Assembly: GCA_051362555.1 (NCBI GenBank)
Contig: CM120641.1
Coordinates: 23,442,401 to 23,506,400, forward strand
DNA from: Lingula anatina
Lineage: Eukaryota; Animalia; Brachiopoda
Direction of reading: 5' to 3'
DNA: 64,000 bases
Shown: in pieces, positions 26,601-40,047 of the stretch
Position numbering within the stretch: position 1 is the stretch's first letter
Layout: each line of letters opens with the position of its first letter
Position numbers and translations under genes: made by a program
Notes under the pieces: generated by a model
Seen by the model: the letters and a program-made list of their open reading frames with translations, nothing else
The model's database searches: none
Told to the model about the DNA's origin: nothing

Positions 26601-29600
26601 TCATACCACGTTTCCTTTCTTTATTACGCCGTCACGAGCTATTAGTTATGCCAAAGAGGATAATTAACGTTCTCGGAGCGTGCACGGTCCAACGCAGCTT
26701 CCGTGAAAGACGTGCAGAAGCTCAGATTCGAGGCCATTTTTCATCTTTTCCAAAGCCTCTGAATAGCCGGGAGATATATCAATAGACTACCCATGAAGGT
26801 CAAACAAGACCCTTGTAACTCTGTTAGCTTTACTAATAACCTTATGTGTATCATTCTTACAATCGATAGCAAGGCACCCATTCTGCAGTCAAGGAAACTT
26901 TCACATATTTACTTGAAAACAAAAACTAAATTCCTAGAACTAGCTCTTGATGAGAAATCCGCAACATTCTTCTCGAAGCAGAGAAAATAAATTTAAAAAA
27001 AAAGCATCGATGAAATTAAGACTGAGTGATAGAAAGGACATCTCGGCATGTTGATGTTAAAATATTGCTTTTGTTATCATACTGTATGATCAAAATGCAA
27101 CAATTCCAGTATTTCCTATGGTATGAAATATAGCGGAGAGATTGAAGCGAAGCTTTCCTTTGAAGTTGAAATGTTGTCTTTGAAGTTATTTTTTTTAATA
27201 ATATCTCTTCAATATTGATAGCATACATATTACAACAACTGTTGGTAGTAGGAAAACTAAAGGATGAACCTCTCAATAACCCGCGTAACCGACAAAATAC
27301 TTTTGGAATACTTAAAATAAAATATAATTTTTGAATAAAATATCATTTTAAATTAGATATCATTTAAGATTAAATATCATTTTCAAATTAGATAATTTAA
27401 AAATAATTGATAGATAAGGTCTTATATTCAGACGAAAAATATGTTTTAGTAATGTAACTAAAGCTAGAAGATTGATAGCCTGCAGGAAAACAGTTTTCTC
27501 GTAGTGTTAAAAAAATTATATTATTTAATCGCCTGCACTTCTATGAGCACCTAAAAAAGTTCTGTCTTTTATATTGGGATGAGAGTTGTGTGTAACACGA
27601 ATGTGCTGATAATCTCTTGTTACTCATTTATATTGATAAGTTGATAATACATTTTAAATTTCATAATACATTTTCTATGCTTGACATAGAGTTAATATCT
27701 TGACATCGGATTTCCCTGTTAATCTTAATGGCGTCATATTACACGTTCTGTCAATTCAGCAGGTAAGCTTACACACGGTTATTGAATATCGATATCTAAC
27801 CCGAGACCCGAGATCGATAACTGAAAATGTAAGGAAACTGCGTCCACCAACAATAAATAACAGCACACGGGGGTTTGTTAATCGTTACTGTACTAACTTA
27901 ACCTGGTAATGATTTGCGGTCAGTGTGGTTTCAGTGTTGTCGCATACACAGGTGACATAAGAACCGTGGACACTTGAGAATGTCGTGCTGATTTTATATA
28001 TGTGATGCCAGGAGAGAAGGACGGCTGATAGTTAAAAACCTTGACTTAACAGTGTGCGGATATTCATGATGTAAAGCGAGAACAGTAGATAACTCAGGGG
28101 CGGAAAAGTGATTTTAAACCGATCGAAACTGTAAGAACCTGTGCTAGGGTTTCTGATTGAGACCAAGGTAAACAAACACTTTATACACATTTTGTATGGG
28201 TTGTTAAATGCCTTCATCGGTCCACTTGTGCTCATAGTTGTACCCTTGTATCGGCGGGGTTTTAATACGGGGGACGTGATAATTGTAAAACTACCGCAGC
28301 TTACGGATTTACTTAACCCCACTTTTTACAGTGAAGGTATTCGTATCACACCGCTATATCGATCGCATCAAAGAAAAAGTTAAACAGCGACACCATGAGG
28401 TACAGTTCATTAACGCGTGTGTTTCAACCTTTGTCATAACATTAGGGCTCCGAGTAAATAAATTGTTGACACGAGTAAGCTTGGAGGCCACTGTAAACAC
28501 TTGTGATCTATAGGAGTTAGGCACCTCTGCCGAGAATGTGCTACTTCAACGGGCTTCCACCGTGGGCCTGTCACTCACCTTGACGTAAGTGACCAAATAT
28601 TATATTACATCCCAGTTGTCGATTTCAGAGCAAATAGATCAGACTAGCTGGTGTTTAGCTGGATTAATAACCGGCTTCTATACAGTGTGCTTCAGTATAC
28701 CAATACTGCCACGCTTATCGGGGCAAATGAGAAGAGACATTTGTAGAATTTGTCTTTTTTTTCTGTTGCGTATTATTTCTCCCATTTGATGTATCGCCAG
28801 TAGACACGTCAACATTATTTTTTTTTCAGAAGAAAAGTCCTTCAAAAGAAATAGTAAACCGGTTGTTAAGTTTGAGCGTCGAGATTTTCTTTACTATTTC
28901 CATCGCTCGGTGTCCAATGTAGCGACAAATGCCAAAAATGTATTCAGTATTAGAAAAAAGAGTTGTCGAGCTTAGCTCAGTTTTCTCAGCATGGAGAGAG
29001 CTTGTTGGCACCGTTGACAACCGGGAAGTCTTCAGTAACAATGCTGAGAACAACGAAACTATTTCGCTTTTAAAATTCCATTTTGAAGTGGCTCTTCAAA
29101 AGGTAGCGACGCATGGCGTGTTGGCGTAGATGAAGGTGACACTTTTGCCAGCGGTGGGGCAGGGAGCGTCTCTAAGCATGATATATTGGCTTGCAGCTGG
29201 TAACATTCAGAAAAATATATATACATGTATATTCTAGAAAAGATGTGCACCTCCATTAGGAAAGGAAGGACATGGTGTTAATGTGAAAACAAAAAATAAA
29301 TATTCATGCATTTGTTTATGGAGTTCTTATTCCTTGAAGACGGGCATTAAAGCAAAAAGGATGGACGTTCAGTACATACACAGCCTGAAAAAAAAAACGC
29401 GATTTGGATATTAAAGTAAAAGTAAAAAAGGGATCATAATTGTTCAATTTGTCCGTAAATAAAGCGCGATATTTTGTATTGCTCGTGAAGTTTTAGACAG
29501 AAACACATCTTTATGAGACAGATTTTCCAAATATGTATGTCAAACTTTTCAAAACATTTTAGGGCATATAATAGTGTATGTGTATAAGTAATTATGCCAA

Positions 29601-32278
29601 AAGGACATAACATTTAATGCCAAGTGGTAACTGCGTTATGGACACGGCATGTTTGTTTGGTCGAGGGGACAATCCTGACATATCAAACACACTGTTGGCG
29701 TTGTATGTCAAATTGATCAATCACCCAAATTAAACGCTCACGTTGTTTGTTTGAAACAAGAGCCAAAAATGTGTCAAATAAATTGTGTCATTTATCAAGT
29801 CAAACTTGTCTCAAAGCGTATTCGAACGTGTATGAAAGCAAAGACGCTAACATGAATTGACAGCTGGTGATTGTTGTCTCCTGAGGTGACGCGCCATCAA
29901 AGGTATAACATGGCGGCTTGAAAGGAGAGATTTGTCAATGCCAAACTTTTTTGTTGTATTTTTGTGTTCAAGAGGAGTTTTGACAAGCCGCAATCGGCCA
30001 TATTTTTGTCAGCTGAAACGATAATGACTCTAGTAAAACATAAAGCGCTCGGGAAGGCGCATTGCTTTCTTTGTTTTTCTGATCTGTCTTTCTCTTGAGA
30101 AAATAAAAATGGAAGGTGATTATCTTGCTTTTTGAACTCCCCTTTCAACCGAATCCTTAATTTATTTTACGAGTCGTCACCTGCGTATGTGAAGTGGCAC
30201 TTCTCCATGCCATTGTTCCCCGCGTTCTTCTTAGACAGAACGCTCTCGTCACAATCTTTTTGACAAGGGTGTGTCAAGAACAGTTTAAGACTGACACAGA
30301 AATCACTTGAAGACAGGTAAAAAGTTCTTTTTTGGAAATGCCAAACCTTGAGTAGGAATGTCGATAATCGTCTTTGACGTGCTTACATCGACGACTAGCC
30401 TAGTTACGTGGAAAATGTTATGTGTGGAATCGCGTTTTTTTCATAGCGCGAAGTCAACGGTTACAGCATTTTCTCTAAATGTAGTCTCAGATCTGTTATT
30501 GCTCGTGTAAGCGTCCAAACGGATTAGTACGCATGAGAATTGAGTATTTGACTACGCTACACCTGTAGTTTATATTTAAGATTGAGAAAAACTTTCTCCG
30601 TGCCACAGCTTAAAAAAGAATTGCAAACTCCCGAGGCTTACCACTTGAAGACTAGCATTTGACATTGAATTGTGCGCTAATAACCTTCCTTTCTTTCTCG
30701 AGAGGTTCGAACTATGTCATTGTGTATAAGTTGGGGGTATGGCACATAGATTTTAGCGGTGACACATCCTTCACTTTGCATATTTAAACTACCGTTTTTG
30801 ACAACTGTCAAGAAAACAGGGGGATTGTGAGAGCCGTGGAATACAATGCGGTTTGAAAGAATCACTTGGCACACTCATTTGTCCCATCTTTCTTCATTGG
30901 GGATTTATAGGTCTATTAAGATGAAAGAGTGACAATAATTTGGTGTCGCTCTCTCTCACACACCTGTGATTAGGACCTATGGACTTTCACCTGCCACTCC
31001 TATTGAGGAGAAAATTTACACTCAAGAAACCTCTCCATCGCGCGCAAAGTGGAGGTAATTCGTCCCCTACCAAGTTGTTATGTGAGCTCTCTGGCAGGTC
31101 GATTGTCAACACCTTAGTCTTGGAGGAGTAAGTGTCGCCCCACAAGTGTGAGATGGGAGAAATTAGGAAGGACACCCAGAGAGCGCGACAATCGCCAACA
31201 ATTCCTCCCGTGAATTATTAACTAAACTGCAACTACTTGTGATGACATAATTATTACTTGGGGCAGGTGGGAGATCGATCAGGGAAAATGTGTAAAAATC
31301 ACTTTGGTGTTTCTCTCCTTTATTTTTCTCAGCTCCAAATCCCCTAGTGTTTGTAAGCTCTCTGTGCTGATACCTGCTCTAATGGCAAAACTTTGATATC
31401 AGAATATTAAAGAAAGTGTCATGTTGAGGTTCTCTGGCCGGTCCTGCTGAGGGTTGGCTATCATTTCCCGCATATTGAACAGTAATTGCAGACGTTGAAG
31501 CATGTAATTGCCTCTAAGAGTCTGATAATTACGGAAGCACAGAAAAGTAGAATTAATTCTCTCTTTTACCGCTGACATACGGTGAAGTCCTTAACCCAGA
31601 CCGTATGACAGCCCGACAATAAGATTGTCATTAAGTTGTCTGCAAACCTGTCAAAAGAAATAATAGCGGGGGCTCTATTAGCGCTCTGTTAACAAAAACA
31701 ACTAACGGATTAGTGCCGCATTAGGAATGGTTGGGTAAATTACCAGGGCGGAGTCTGACCCGATGATCACCAGACTCCCATTACGCATCGCAGTATAATA
31801 AAAAAAATGTGTGACGGTCCCATCGACGCTGGTGTAACTGAAAATAAAATCCGTTACATTTCATATTTATCCGTTCTTAAATATCAGTGTGATTAGAGCC
31901 CCAACTTGCTGCGGTCGTTCAGCTCAAGCGGGGATAAAGCTCCTTTCACGCGCGGCCTCTCGCGCACAATAACCATCTTTTAGCGGAGTAAACAAAAATG
32001 AAGAAAATTGATAAAATCTTTCGCTCTGCATTCACACCACGCACTAAATACTATTATTCTGTGTTTACACAAAAGCTCTCATAAGGGAAATTTGTACCTA
32101 TTTGTTGAATACCAAGAATGCACCTTCCATGTGACAAATGTTTCATTTTAGCAAAATGTATAAAATTGGAAAAGTTCTTCAACAACATTTTAAAATCGAT
32201 ATCCATTTTAAATGTCGTTTCAGGTGCTCCCAGAGCTTCCTCAAAACTGCAGGATTAAACAGAAGGTTGCCAGATTAA

Positions 32279-32450
32279 GGTGACGTCACGTTGTGTATTG
32301 TTATCCTAATTGGTGTATCATTGACTTGAGTGACGCGTGACGTCACCTGTCAATATACTTAATGAGTTGACAGATATGTGAAAGGTGCACAATGGAATGA
32401 AGGTGTGAGAGACGCATTGACAGCTAAGGTGGACTGGTGTTTAATTGGCC
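32279..32450 (+). promoter_or_regulatory. Putative Frizzled-5/8 proximal promoter with two full CRE palindromes
   Basis: TGACGTCA at 32281-32288 and 32338-32345, TGACG half-site at 32331, TAATTGG (homeodomain/inverted CCAAT) near 32307 and 32442; CpG-rich, about 650 bp upstream of the ATG. Confidence 0.6.
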
Positions 32451-32982
32451 TCCTGCACTCCTGGGCAAAATCAGTGGACTGGCACAGATTCACATCAGAC
32501 CCGTCTCTGCCTACGAACTGACAACACGTATGTGGAGAGCGCGGATCACTGGAACCCGGTACAACGAACACTACTGCGGGAGCCCACGTATTTACTTATG
32601 GAAGCACGGTAGCTGCTGCTGAACTACGCCGTCGATCCATTTATCCGAAGTAAGTGAATGTCACGACTTAATCCCCCCCATTCAGGAAACTAGCTAAGCC
32701 TCTTTGCTCGGTACAGTTTCTTCACAAACACGCTAGCCGGACTAGAAACGGGCTGCCAAAAGAAGAGGGAGGACTTGGTCGGCGGTTCTCACGAAGTCTG
32801 AAGGGGTCAGATTGAGGGAAATCAGCGGAAAATTTAACCAGCTCGTCTTCCACTACGCCAGCAACACGGAAAATAAAATCCAGTAAGTAAAAGTGCCAGT
32901 GCTTCCTTCTGCCTCTAGAGAGCACACTGTGTGTGTGTATATATATATACTGTTTGTTTGTCCATCGCACACGTTTTCCAAT

Positions 32983-34644
32983 ATGGACTGGGGACTAACA
33001 TTGTGTGGTGTGGTATGGCTGACAGTTGCCCTCGTCTCACAGACTGTGTATGCTGGGGGTGGCGAGGAGAGAACTTGCCAGGAAATAACCATCCCTATGT
33101 GCAAGGGCATCGGATATAACTTCACGTACATGCCCAACCAGTTCAACCACGATTCACAAGAGGAGGCCGGACTTGAAGTTCATCAGTTTTGGCCTTTGGT
33201 AGAGATTCAGTGCTCACCGGACTTGAAGTTTTTCTTGTGTAGTATGTACGCGCCGATCTGTATAAAAAACTACAACAAGCCCCTACCGGTGTGTAGATCT
33301 GTATGTGAGAGGGCCAAGGCAGGCTGCGCACCGCTCATGAGACAATACGGCTTTGCATGGCCAGAAAGAATGAAATGTGAAGATCTTCCTGTTTTTGGGG
33401 ACAAGGAAAACTTATGCATGGACTCAAACACAACAGAGAAAAGCACACAGACCCCCAAGCCCAAGAACACCGTAACCGAGCGCCCAGCACCCAAACCAAC
33501 CAAGAGTATTGCCAGAGATTGCCGCTGTCGTTGCCGTGCACCAATGATTCACATTACCGACGACAGTAACACTTACTATAATCTTCTTACAACTGGAGGC
33601 AGCCCCAATTGTGCCATGAACTGCCATGGGGCCTACTTTAGCCAGGACGAAAAGACGTTCGCATCGTTTTGGATCGGATTATGGTCCATTCTTTGCTGTG
33701 TTTCCACTGCAATGACAGTTAGTACTTTCCTCATTGACATGGAGAGGTTTAAGTACCCTGAAAGACCCATTATATTCCTGAGCGCATGTTACCTGATGGT
33801 CAGCATAGGATATATAATTCGACTTATTATGGGACATGATGCTGTGGCTTGTGAAAAAAACGTGATAAGATATGAAACTACGGGACCGGCTGCTTGCACG
33901 GTCGTATTTTTGCTCATTTATTTCTTTGGAATGGCGTCGTCTATCTGGTGGGTCATCTTGTCCTTCACCTGGTTTTTATCCGCTGGACTAAAGTGGGGAC
34001 AGGAAGCAATACAAAGTTACTCTCAATACTTTCACCTAGCCGCCTGGCTGATACCGTCAGTAAAGAGCATAGCTGTACTAGCCCTCTCTGCCGTGGATGG
34101 CGACCCAGTCGCTGGAATATGCTACGTCGGCAGCCAGAATCTTGACAATCTCCGCGGCTTCGTACTGGCACCGCTTTTCGCCTATCTCATCCTGGGGACA
34201 ACCTTCCTTCTCGCTGGCTTTGTGTCTTTGTTCAGAATTCGAAGTGTCATCAAACAACAGGGTGGACAAAAAACTGACAAACTGGAAAAATTAATGATTC
34301 GTATAGGAGTGTTTTCAGTTCTATACACTGTCCCCGCAACTATTGTTATAGCATGCTATTTTTACGAACAGCATTTCAAAGAGCGCTGGGAGAGAGCGCA
34401 TAACTGTCCATGTCATTCTGATAATGTTAAGCCTGACTATTCTGTGTATATGTTGAAATATTTCATGTGCTTAGTTGTGGGAATAACGTCGGGCTTTTGG
34501 ATTTGGAGTGGAAAAACATTAGGAAGCTGGAAAAGATTTTATGCAAGACTGTTCAATAGGAATTCACAGACGGACCAATCACGGGCAAAATTTGTGAACG
34601 TTGGTTACGCGCAAAACAAGCAGTTACCCCTAAGTCATGTGTAG
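32983..34644 (+). CDS. FZD5/8: Frizzled-5/8 Wnt receptor, intronless CDS, 553 aa
   Basis: Signal peptide from ATG 32983 (MDWGLTLCGVVWLTVALVSQTVYA), CRD CQEITIPMCKGIGYNFTYMPNQFNHDSQEEAGLEVHQFWPLVEIQCSPDLKFFLCS, RFKYPERPIIFLS, seven TM segments, KTxxxW (KTLGSW), C-terminal PLSHV PDZ ligand typical of FZD5/FZD8. Confidence 0.97.
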   Translation: MDWGLTLCGVVWLTVALVSQTVYAGGGEERTCQEITIPMCKGIGYNFTYMPNQFNHDSQEEAGLEVHQFWPLVEIQCSPDLKFFLCSMYAPICIKNYNKPLPVCRSVCERAKAGCAPLMRQYGFAWPERMKCEDLPVFGDKENLCMDSNTTEKSTQTPKPKNTVTERPAPKPTKSIARDCRCRCRAPMIHITDDSNTYYNLLTTGGSPNCAMNCHGAYFSQDEKTFASFWIGLWSILCCVSTAMTVSTFLIDMERFKYPERPIIFLSACYLMVSIGYIIRLIMGHDAVACEKNVIRYETTGPAACTVVFLLIYFFGMASSIWWVILSFTWFLSAGLKWGQEAIQSYSQYFHLAAWLIPSVKSIAVLALSAVDGDPVAGICYVGSQNLDNLRGFVLAPLFAYLILGTTFLLAGFVSLFRIRSVIKQQGGQKTDKLEKLMIRIGVFSVLYTVPATIVIACYFYEQHFKERWERAHNCPCHSDNVKPDYSVYMLKYFMCLVVGITSGFWIWSGKTLGSWKRFYARLFNRNSQTDQSRAKFVNVGYAQNKQLPLSHV

Positions 34645-37600
34645 ATCTGACAAGTGCGAAAGAGCTTATTTATTTAATCTTTTTACGGAACAGAGCCAAA
34701 GCTCTCCAGTTAAATACTCATAATGGTTCAATACACTGATCTTAAGGTTATTTAAGTCTTCAAAAGACAGCTTCGACGTCAACTTTATGTACTGAAAGTC
34801 TGCCTTCATCCCAAGACACTGAAAAAAGACGTTATCTTCATGTTCGTATAATGCAATAGAAAGTGCAATAATTATATAAAATAGGGTCGAAGGCAGATTT
34901 TAAGATATACAACGTATTGTCAATTAAGGCCGGTCTGACTGGTTTATTAAGCTTTGTTAATGAGGTGGGACATAGTTGTCCTACCTAGGTCCAATTAGAA
35001 TGAATACAAATTGCTACGTGCTACAAACAGCTACTCTCCAGGTAGCTTATGTTAAGACCACCTGCGCTCATTGTTAGCGTCGCTACTCAGACTCTTTTGA
35101 AAGTTATCAACGAAATTTTTGTGCACAAATTGATGTTCTTGTCAAAATGTGATCTGACTATTTTGTAAAAAAAGTTCTGACCAATTTTAAGACATAATTT
35201 GACGACTGTTGATGACAATTTCATGTAAACATTGACAAGAAATAGGCCTTTGTTTTTTGTCCGTTGAAAATAGTGAAATATGAATTTAAACAAAGGCGTT
35301 GACCTAGCTCCATTGCTTCCACATTTAGTTGAGACGACCACGAAATTTATACTTTGACTTTCATCAATATAATAAACTGAGCAGTTAGGTCATGCCTGGT
35401 ATTAGTGGGTATTAAAAATGAGCCCGCGGGCAAAGTTTGTTGATTCATACACAAAAGGTTGGTTAATAACCGGTGACACGGCAGTGTTTATTTGGCCACT
35501 ATTTGCAAGCAAATGCTCTCGGCAAATACCAAGTTTAAATATATAAATATACGTGGTCTTTACTTGGCTATATTTGTGTAAGGTAGAGGTCGGTTTTTGA
35601 TGGCAAGAGATACACTTAACTTGTACACATGCCAGTTTTCTTTGTTAACCGATTCATTTGTTATACGCACGGTGGCAGCACTTTTAACTGATTTTGTTAT
35701 AAAAATCACTAGCATTGGTATTTCGTTTATTGTTGAATGGTTCTTCATTTGTGCTCTCTATGCTTCTTACAAATGTACGTTCTCATAGCTACACAGAGTC
35801 ATTTTAGCAAGGTTAAAAATCAAATGTTCATGCAGTCACAGGTATTCTGTATTGTAATAGCAGTTGTAGTCTTTTTTGTATCTATGTTCATGAGGCCTAA
35901 TGCGAAGCAGTATTGTTATAAATTAAATTTGTATTTTATCAACTAAATGCTGGCGTTGCGTTCTATACTTGCATTCTGTAATTTAATCACAGACAATGAG
36001 ATAATCCAGAGGTTTAATAAGTGACGATATTTAATCAATGCTACTCTGGTCTCGAATGAATAATCGAATGAGGGGAAATTAGTGGGTAAATTCCAATAAT
36101 ACATGCCTGTCATATGAATTGACCACAGTCTTGGGTGACAGATGTCAGACAATATATCGCGGGTCAAAAATCTTGAAGCATATTCTCATTCTGGAGTTTG
36201 CTTGGAAAACTCGTTGGCAAGGATAAAAAAAAAATATGAGTAACAGGAAAAAAAGAGATGTTTGAAAACTGAATAGAACCCTCGGTTGATTCTTACAAGA
36301 TTGGAAGCAAAATATGAATTAAAGACAAAATAATAAAGACCTTTTTAAGGAAGTCTCAGTGGAGTGAATAATCAGAAATATTGAATATCTCTATTATGGA
36401 CTTAACTTGGTTTTAATTAATTCGTTAATTATTCAAGAAAATGATATAATGCATTATGAAAAAGACCGTCATAAAGATATTTTCACAGATGAAAATGATA
36501 AGATAGAATGAAAAATAGTTATCTAAATATTACATTAAAACAACAAAAAAAGAATGAGTGCTATGAAATAATGGATATTCCGTTAATTAATTCAATAAAT
36601 CTTTCAGGGAAATGACGGTCTGACTGGCAGGATTTCAATCTCGCGTCAGCGAAATAAAATTATCTGTTCATTTCCTCCATCTGCCGGCACATCAGCGTGT
36701 ACCTGACAGACTTGAAAATTTGGGGGTCAATTTGTGCTCCAGTGGCACTGTCAAGTACACCACAGTCGCGCCCAATTAGTCCAGGTTATTGTTTGCTGCA
36801 TTGTCCTCGCATAGCTGGGGACCCGGCGCTAGGCGAGCCTGCTTACTAGACGCCGTTGAAAGCCCCCACATGGGTGCATGGCATTTAATCTGTAGGTAGC
36901 TCAAGCTGGCTTCCACAGGTATTGTTCCTGAGCACCAGCTTCTCTGCTCTAATTACTACTAAACTGCGACCTTATTGTGTGAGTGAAAATCTTTGGACAA
37001 AAGTCTGTTTGCTTTTGCAATCCCTGCTATTGAAATTGTGTATTTACTAAAAGTATTGGACAACCGCGAGAAAGTGTTGAAATACTACCTGCGTTACGTT
37101 CGTTGTAATGGGGTACAATTTCTCTGAGTTCCAAAATATTAAACGGGCAGTAAGTCCGTGGCATCTTCACTGACAGGTCAGCCCTCAGTGGTGTACTTGA
37201 ACGTTTACTTGGAGGAGACGTTTATCTGATTTTGCTAAAGACTTAAACGAGGGAGGCGGAGCTCCACTGAGGCGTGTAATGAGACCCCTATCAACACACG
37301 TGCTCGCCGTGATGAAGTCTTTCAATAACTGCGCTACCTGTATGGTGGAGCGCCGCATACATACAGCCGTTTTCTCGTATACACATGATGTCTAACCTTT
37401 TCCTTTATTAAAGGTCAAAATTCAACAAATACAGAAATATCATGTCAGATTATTAGATTGTTCAATGTAACGGAGGAGAGGATTAATTTCGGTTGTTAGA
37501 GAGCTATTTTAATATATATGAGAACATTATTAATAAAGAGTTCCTATTTCAAATACTAGTTCCCACAAAATAACAAAAACTCTTCGAAATGCCACGATTT

Positions 37601-37800
37601 GGGGAAGTAATCCCTGAACAGTTGAACAGACACTTCACACGTCTGTTAAATCAGAATACGATTAATCATCACCCACTCGACGAAGAAAAAAGAAGGGTTC
37701 TTCGTCTGCCAACATTCTATAACTGTTCATAAAAACTAGGTTGTCCGATTTTTTTCTCATAATCGATTAAGCCTCTCTTAATCTATATATATACAACAGG

Positions 37801-37900
37801 CTAGGACACATATCAAATATGTTGGTATATTTGGTGTCCTAGTTTCAAGCTAAGATCTAATAAACAGTTTATTAACTGTTTATTAGATCTTAGTTTCAAG
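37801..37900. repeat. Two adjacent short palindromes (42 bp imperfect; 44 bp perfect flanked by TTTCAAG direct repeats)
   Basis: 37850-37869 CTAAGATCTAATAAACAGTT is the exact reverse complement of 37874-37893; TTTCAAG at 37843-37849 and 37894-37900; 37801-37842 has CTAGGACAC/GTGTCCTAG and CAAATAT/ATATTTG arms. Confidence 0.85.
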
Positions 37901-40047
37901 TGATTCCATTTCTGTTTACAAAAGTTCTCTCTAGGCAAGCCAAGAGCAAAACAAAAAATCAGCGGGAAGCTCTTAAAGGTGACAATTATTTGTGCTTCAC
38001 TAAAGACTTCATTTGCTTCGCTCCTCCTCTTCTGATAAAGATCGTTAATGGTTGATTATAATTTGTCCTTAATTTGTGCCTGAAGCCATGTAACCTGAAG
38101 TTGCTAGCAAAGCTGATCGTGGCATCTTGAAAAACTTTTGCTGGTTTTCTTGACGCAAGCAAAGCACGTGAATCAAGGGACGAATCCATGTAATTAGCTT
38201 TATTTAAACATCAGTTCTTTTGTATGCGATAAAATAAGATAAATTGTCACAATTATTACAGAACAATTTTCTGCTGTAATAATAAATTGGACATAGTAAA
38301 AATATGACACGGTAACTCAAGTAAATGAGATTTATTGTAGCACTTTTTTGAAACCAAAATCGAAGAACTGAAGTTTTTCATAAATTGCAAGACTTTAAAG
38401 CGATCATTACCACTTAACATAACAAAACTTTCGAAGCTGTTTATATACCTGCGTGAAAGCTTGTGGAGAAAAATACCTTCGTTTTTTTCTCATTTTTCAA
38501 TTTATCATACCTATTCAAAAGGAAGTCAAACACTTTAAGGAACGTTAATTAAAATACTTTAATAGAAATATTTGGGAACCGTTAAATAAGTAATATCAAT
38601 TTATTTCTAATGTGTATGTATAATATAGGAGTGAAAATATTGAAGCATAGATTAGGATGACAAATATAAAATGTAAGAAATCAGGTTTTCACTTAAACAG
38701 CAACATCTACCCGAAGTGATGTGGCATTCCCCTCAAAGCTTACCACACAAGGAGAGGCTCTTCATGATACTTAACCTAGCCATCATAATTCTTCGACAAT
38801 GTTTCAAAACAAACACGGAAATAATTTTAACACCGTTTATTAAGCAAAACGAAAAAATTACATACTGTAAGCATGCCCTGACAACCCATTAAATCCGATA
38901 CTTTTCTTTTTATAAATTAAACAAAAAGCTATCCGAAAAAATCTAATAACCTATTCTTCATTATCTCTCCAATGTGCATATAGCTCATAATACCGCCAAG
39001 TTCCTAAGGCGAAGGAACAGCAGGGGAACGTTTTTAATAGTCTGTGGGATGGACAGTAGGAGTGAAAAAAAAAATACGGTCTGGATATATTCCAATCGGA
39101 CTAGGAGTTACTAACAATATCTGAAGTTTAGTCTGAAGATGGCCTTTCGATGCCGAACATACAATGCTGCAGAGGCGAGTTTCATACCGCGACCAATACA
39201 ATGCGATGATATATCGAGAACAACTACTGCAGTTTGATAATCGACTCAACTTTAACCTGGTTCTTCTGCGGCAGTTGAAAATGAATCGACTGGGGATTCT
39301 ATCATAGACTTTCACGTGTCACTGCAGCATGTAAAGCCAATCAATGCACGTTACACCTTTACACAATTAATGTTTATTTTTGAATCACTCTCATGATGGA
39401 GATTGACAAACTTCACTCGAAACGGTAAAATAGAATTCTAAATCTTCAAAAACAGATTTATCAACCGTACTTTCATCCAGTTTCCAAAGGATATGTCTCA
39501 CCGCAAGGTGAACAAGGGAAAATTGATGAAATTTTCAGGGAAATTAATGTTTGCTGTAATAAAGGTCGAATGCGCATCGCATATTTTTCATCTTTAAGTT
39601 TAAAGCAAAGAGAATAATCATGCTACAATTTTCTCAATCACCTGCCTTTAAAGTGCTAGTCAAAGCAAGCAACCGAATTTTTCTTCAAAGACAAAACAAA
39701 TACCAGTCAAAATGTTAAACACTGGTTACTGTTGGTATATAATTATATTTTGCAGCGCTGTATTTCCCAGAGAACACCACATTATCAAGTGATAAATATA
39801 ACTCATTAATGTCTCTGATCTGTATTTATGTTAACTCATTTCCCTCTGATCACAGTGAGTGCGGGTGGGTCACTTGCATACCAACTTCTGTGGCCATATA
39901 TGTATTATTCAAGAACATAAGCAAAATATTCTTCAGTAAAATAATTCACCTTGCTCTACCAAAAAGAAGCAGGCAAAATTTTCTTTGAACGTCATTAGGA
40001 TTACATAATTTGATTTTCTATGTTGTACATGTAACCATAAGTGTCAA

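Noticed and set aside
17100-32200. Many 60-116 aa ORFs in the ORF track
   Set aside because: No recognisable domains or consistent exon chains; compatible with random ORFs.
32893-32982. 30-aa N-terminal extension of the Frizzled ORF
   Set aside because: Starts at GTG; the signal peptide begins at ATG 32983.
33143-34294. Antisense and alternate-frame ORFs overlapping Frizzled
   Set aside because: Shadow ORFs of a GC-richer coding sequence.
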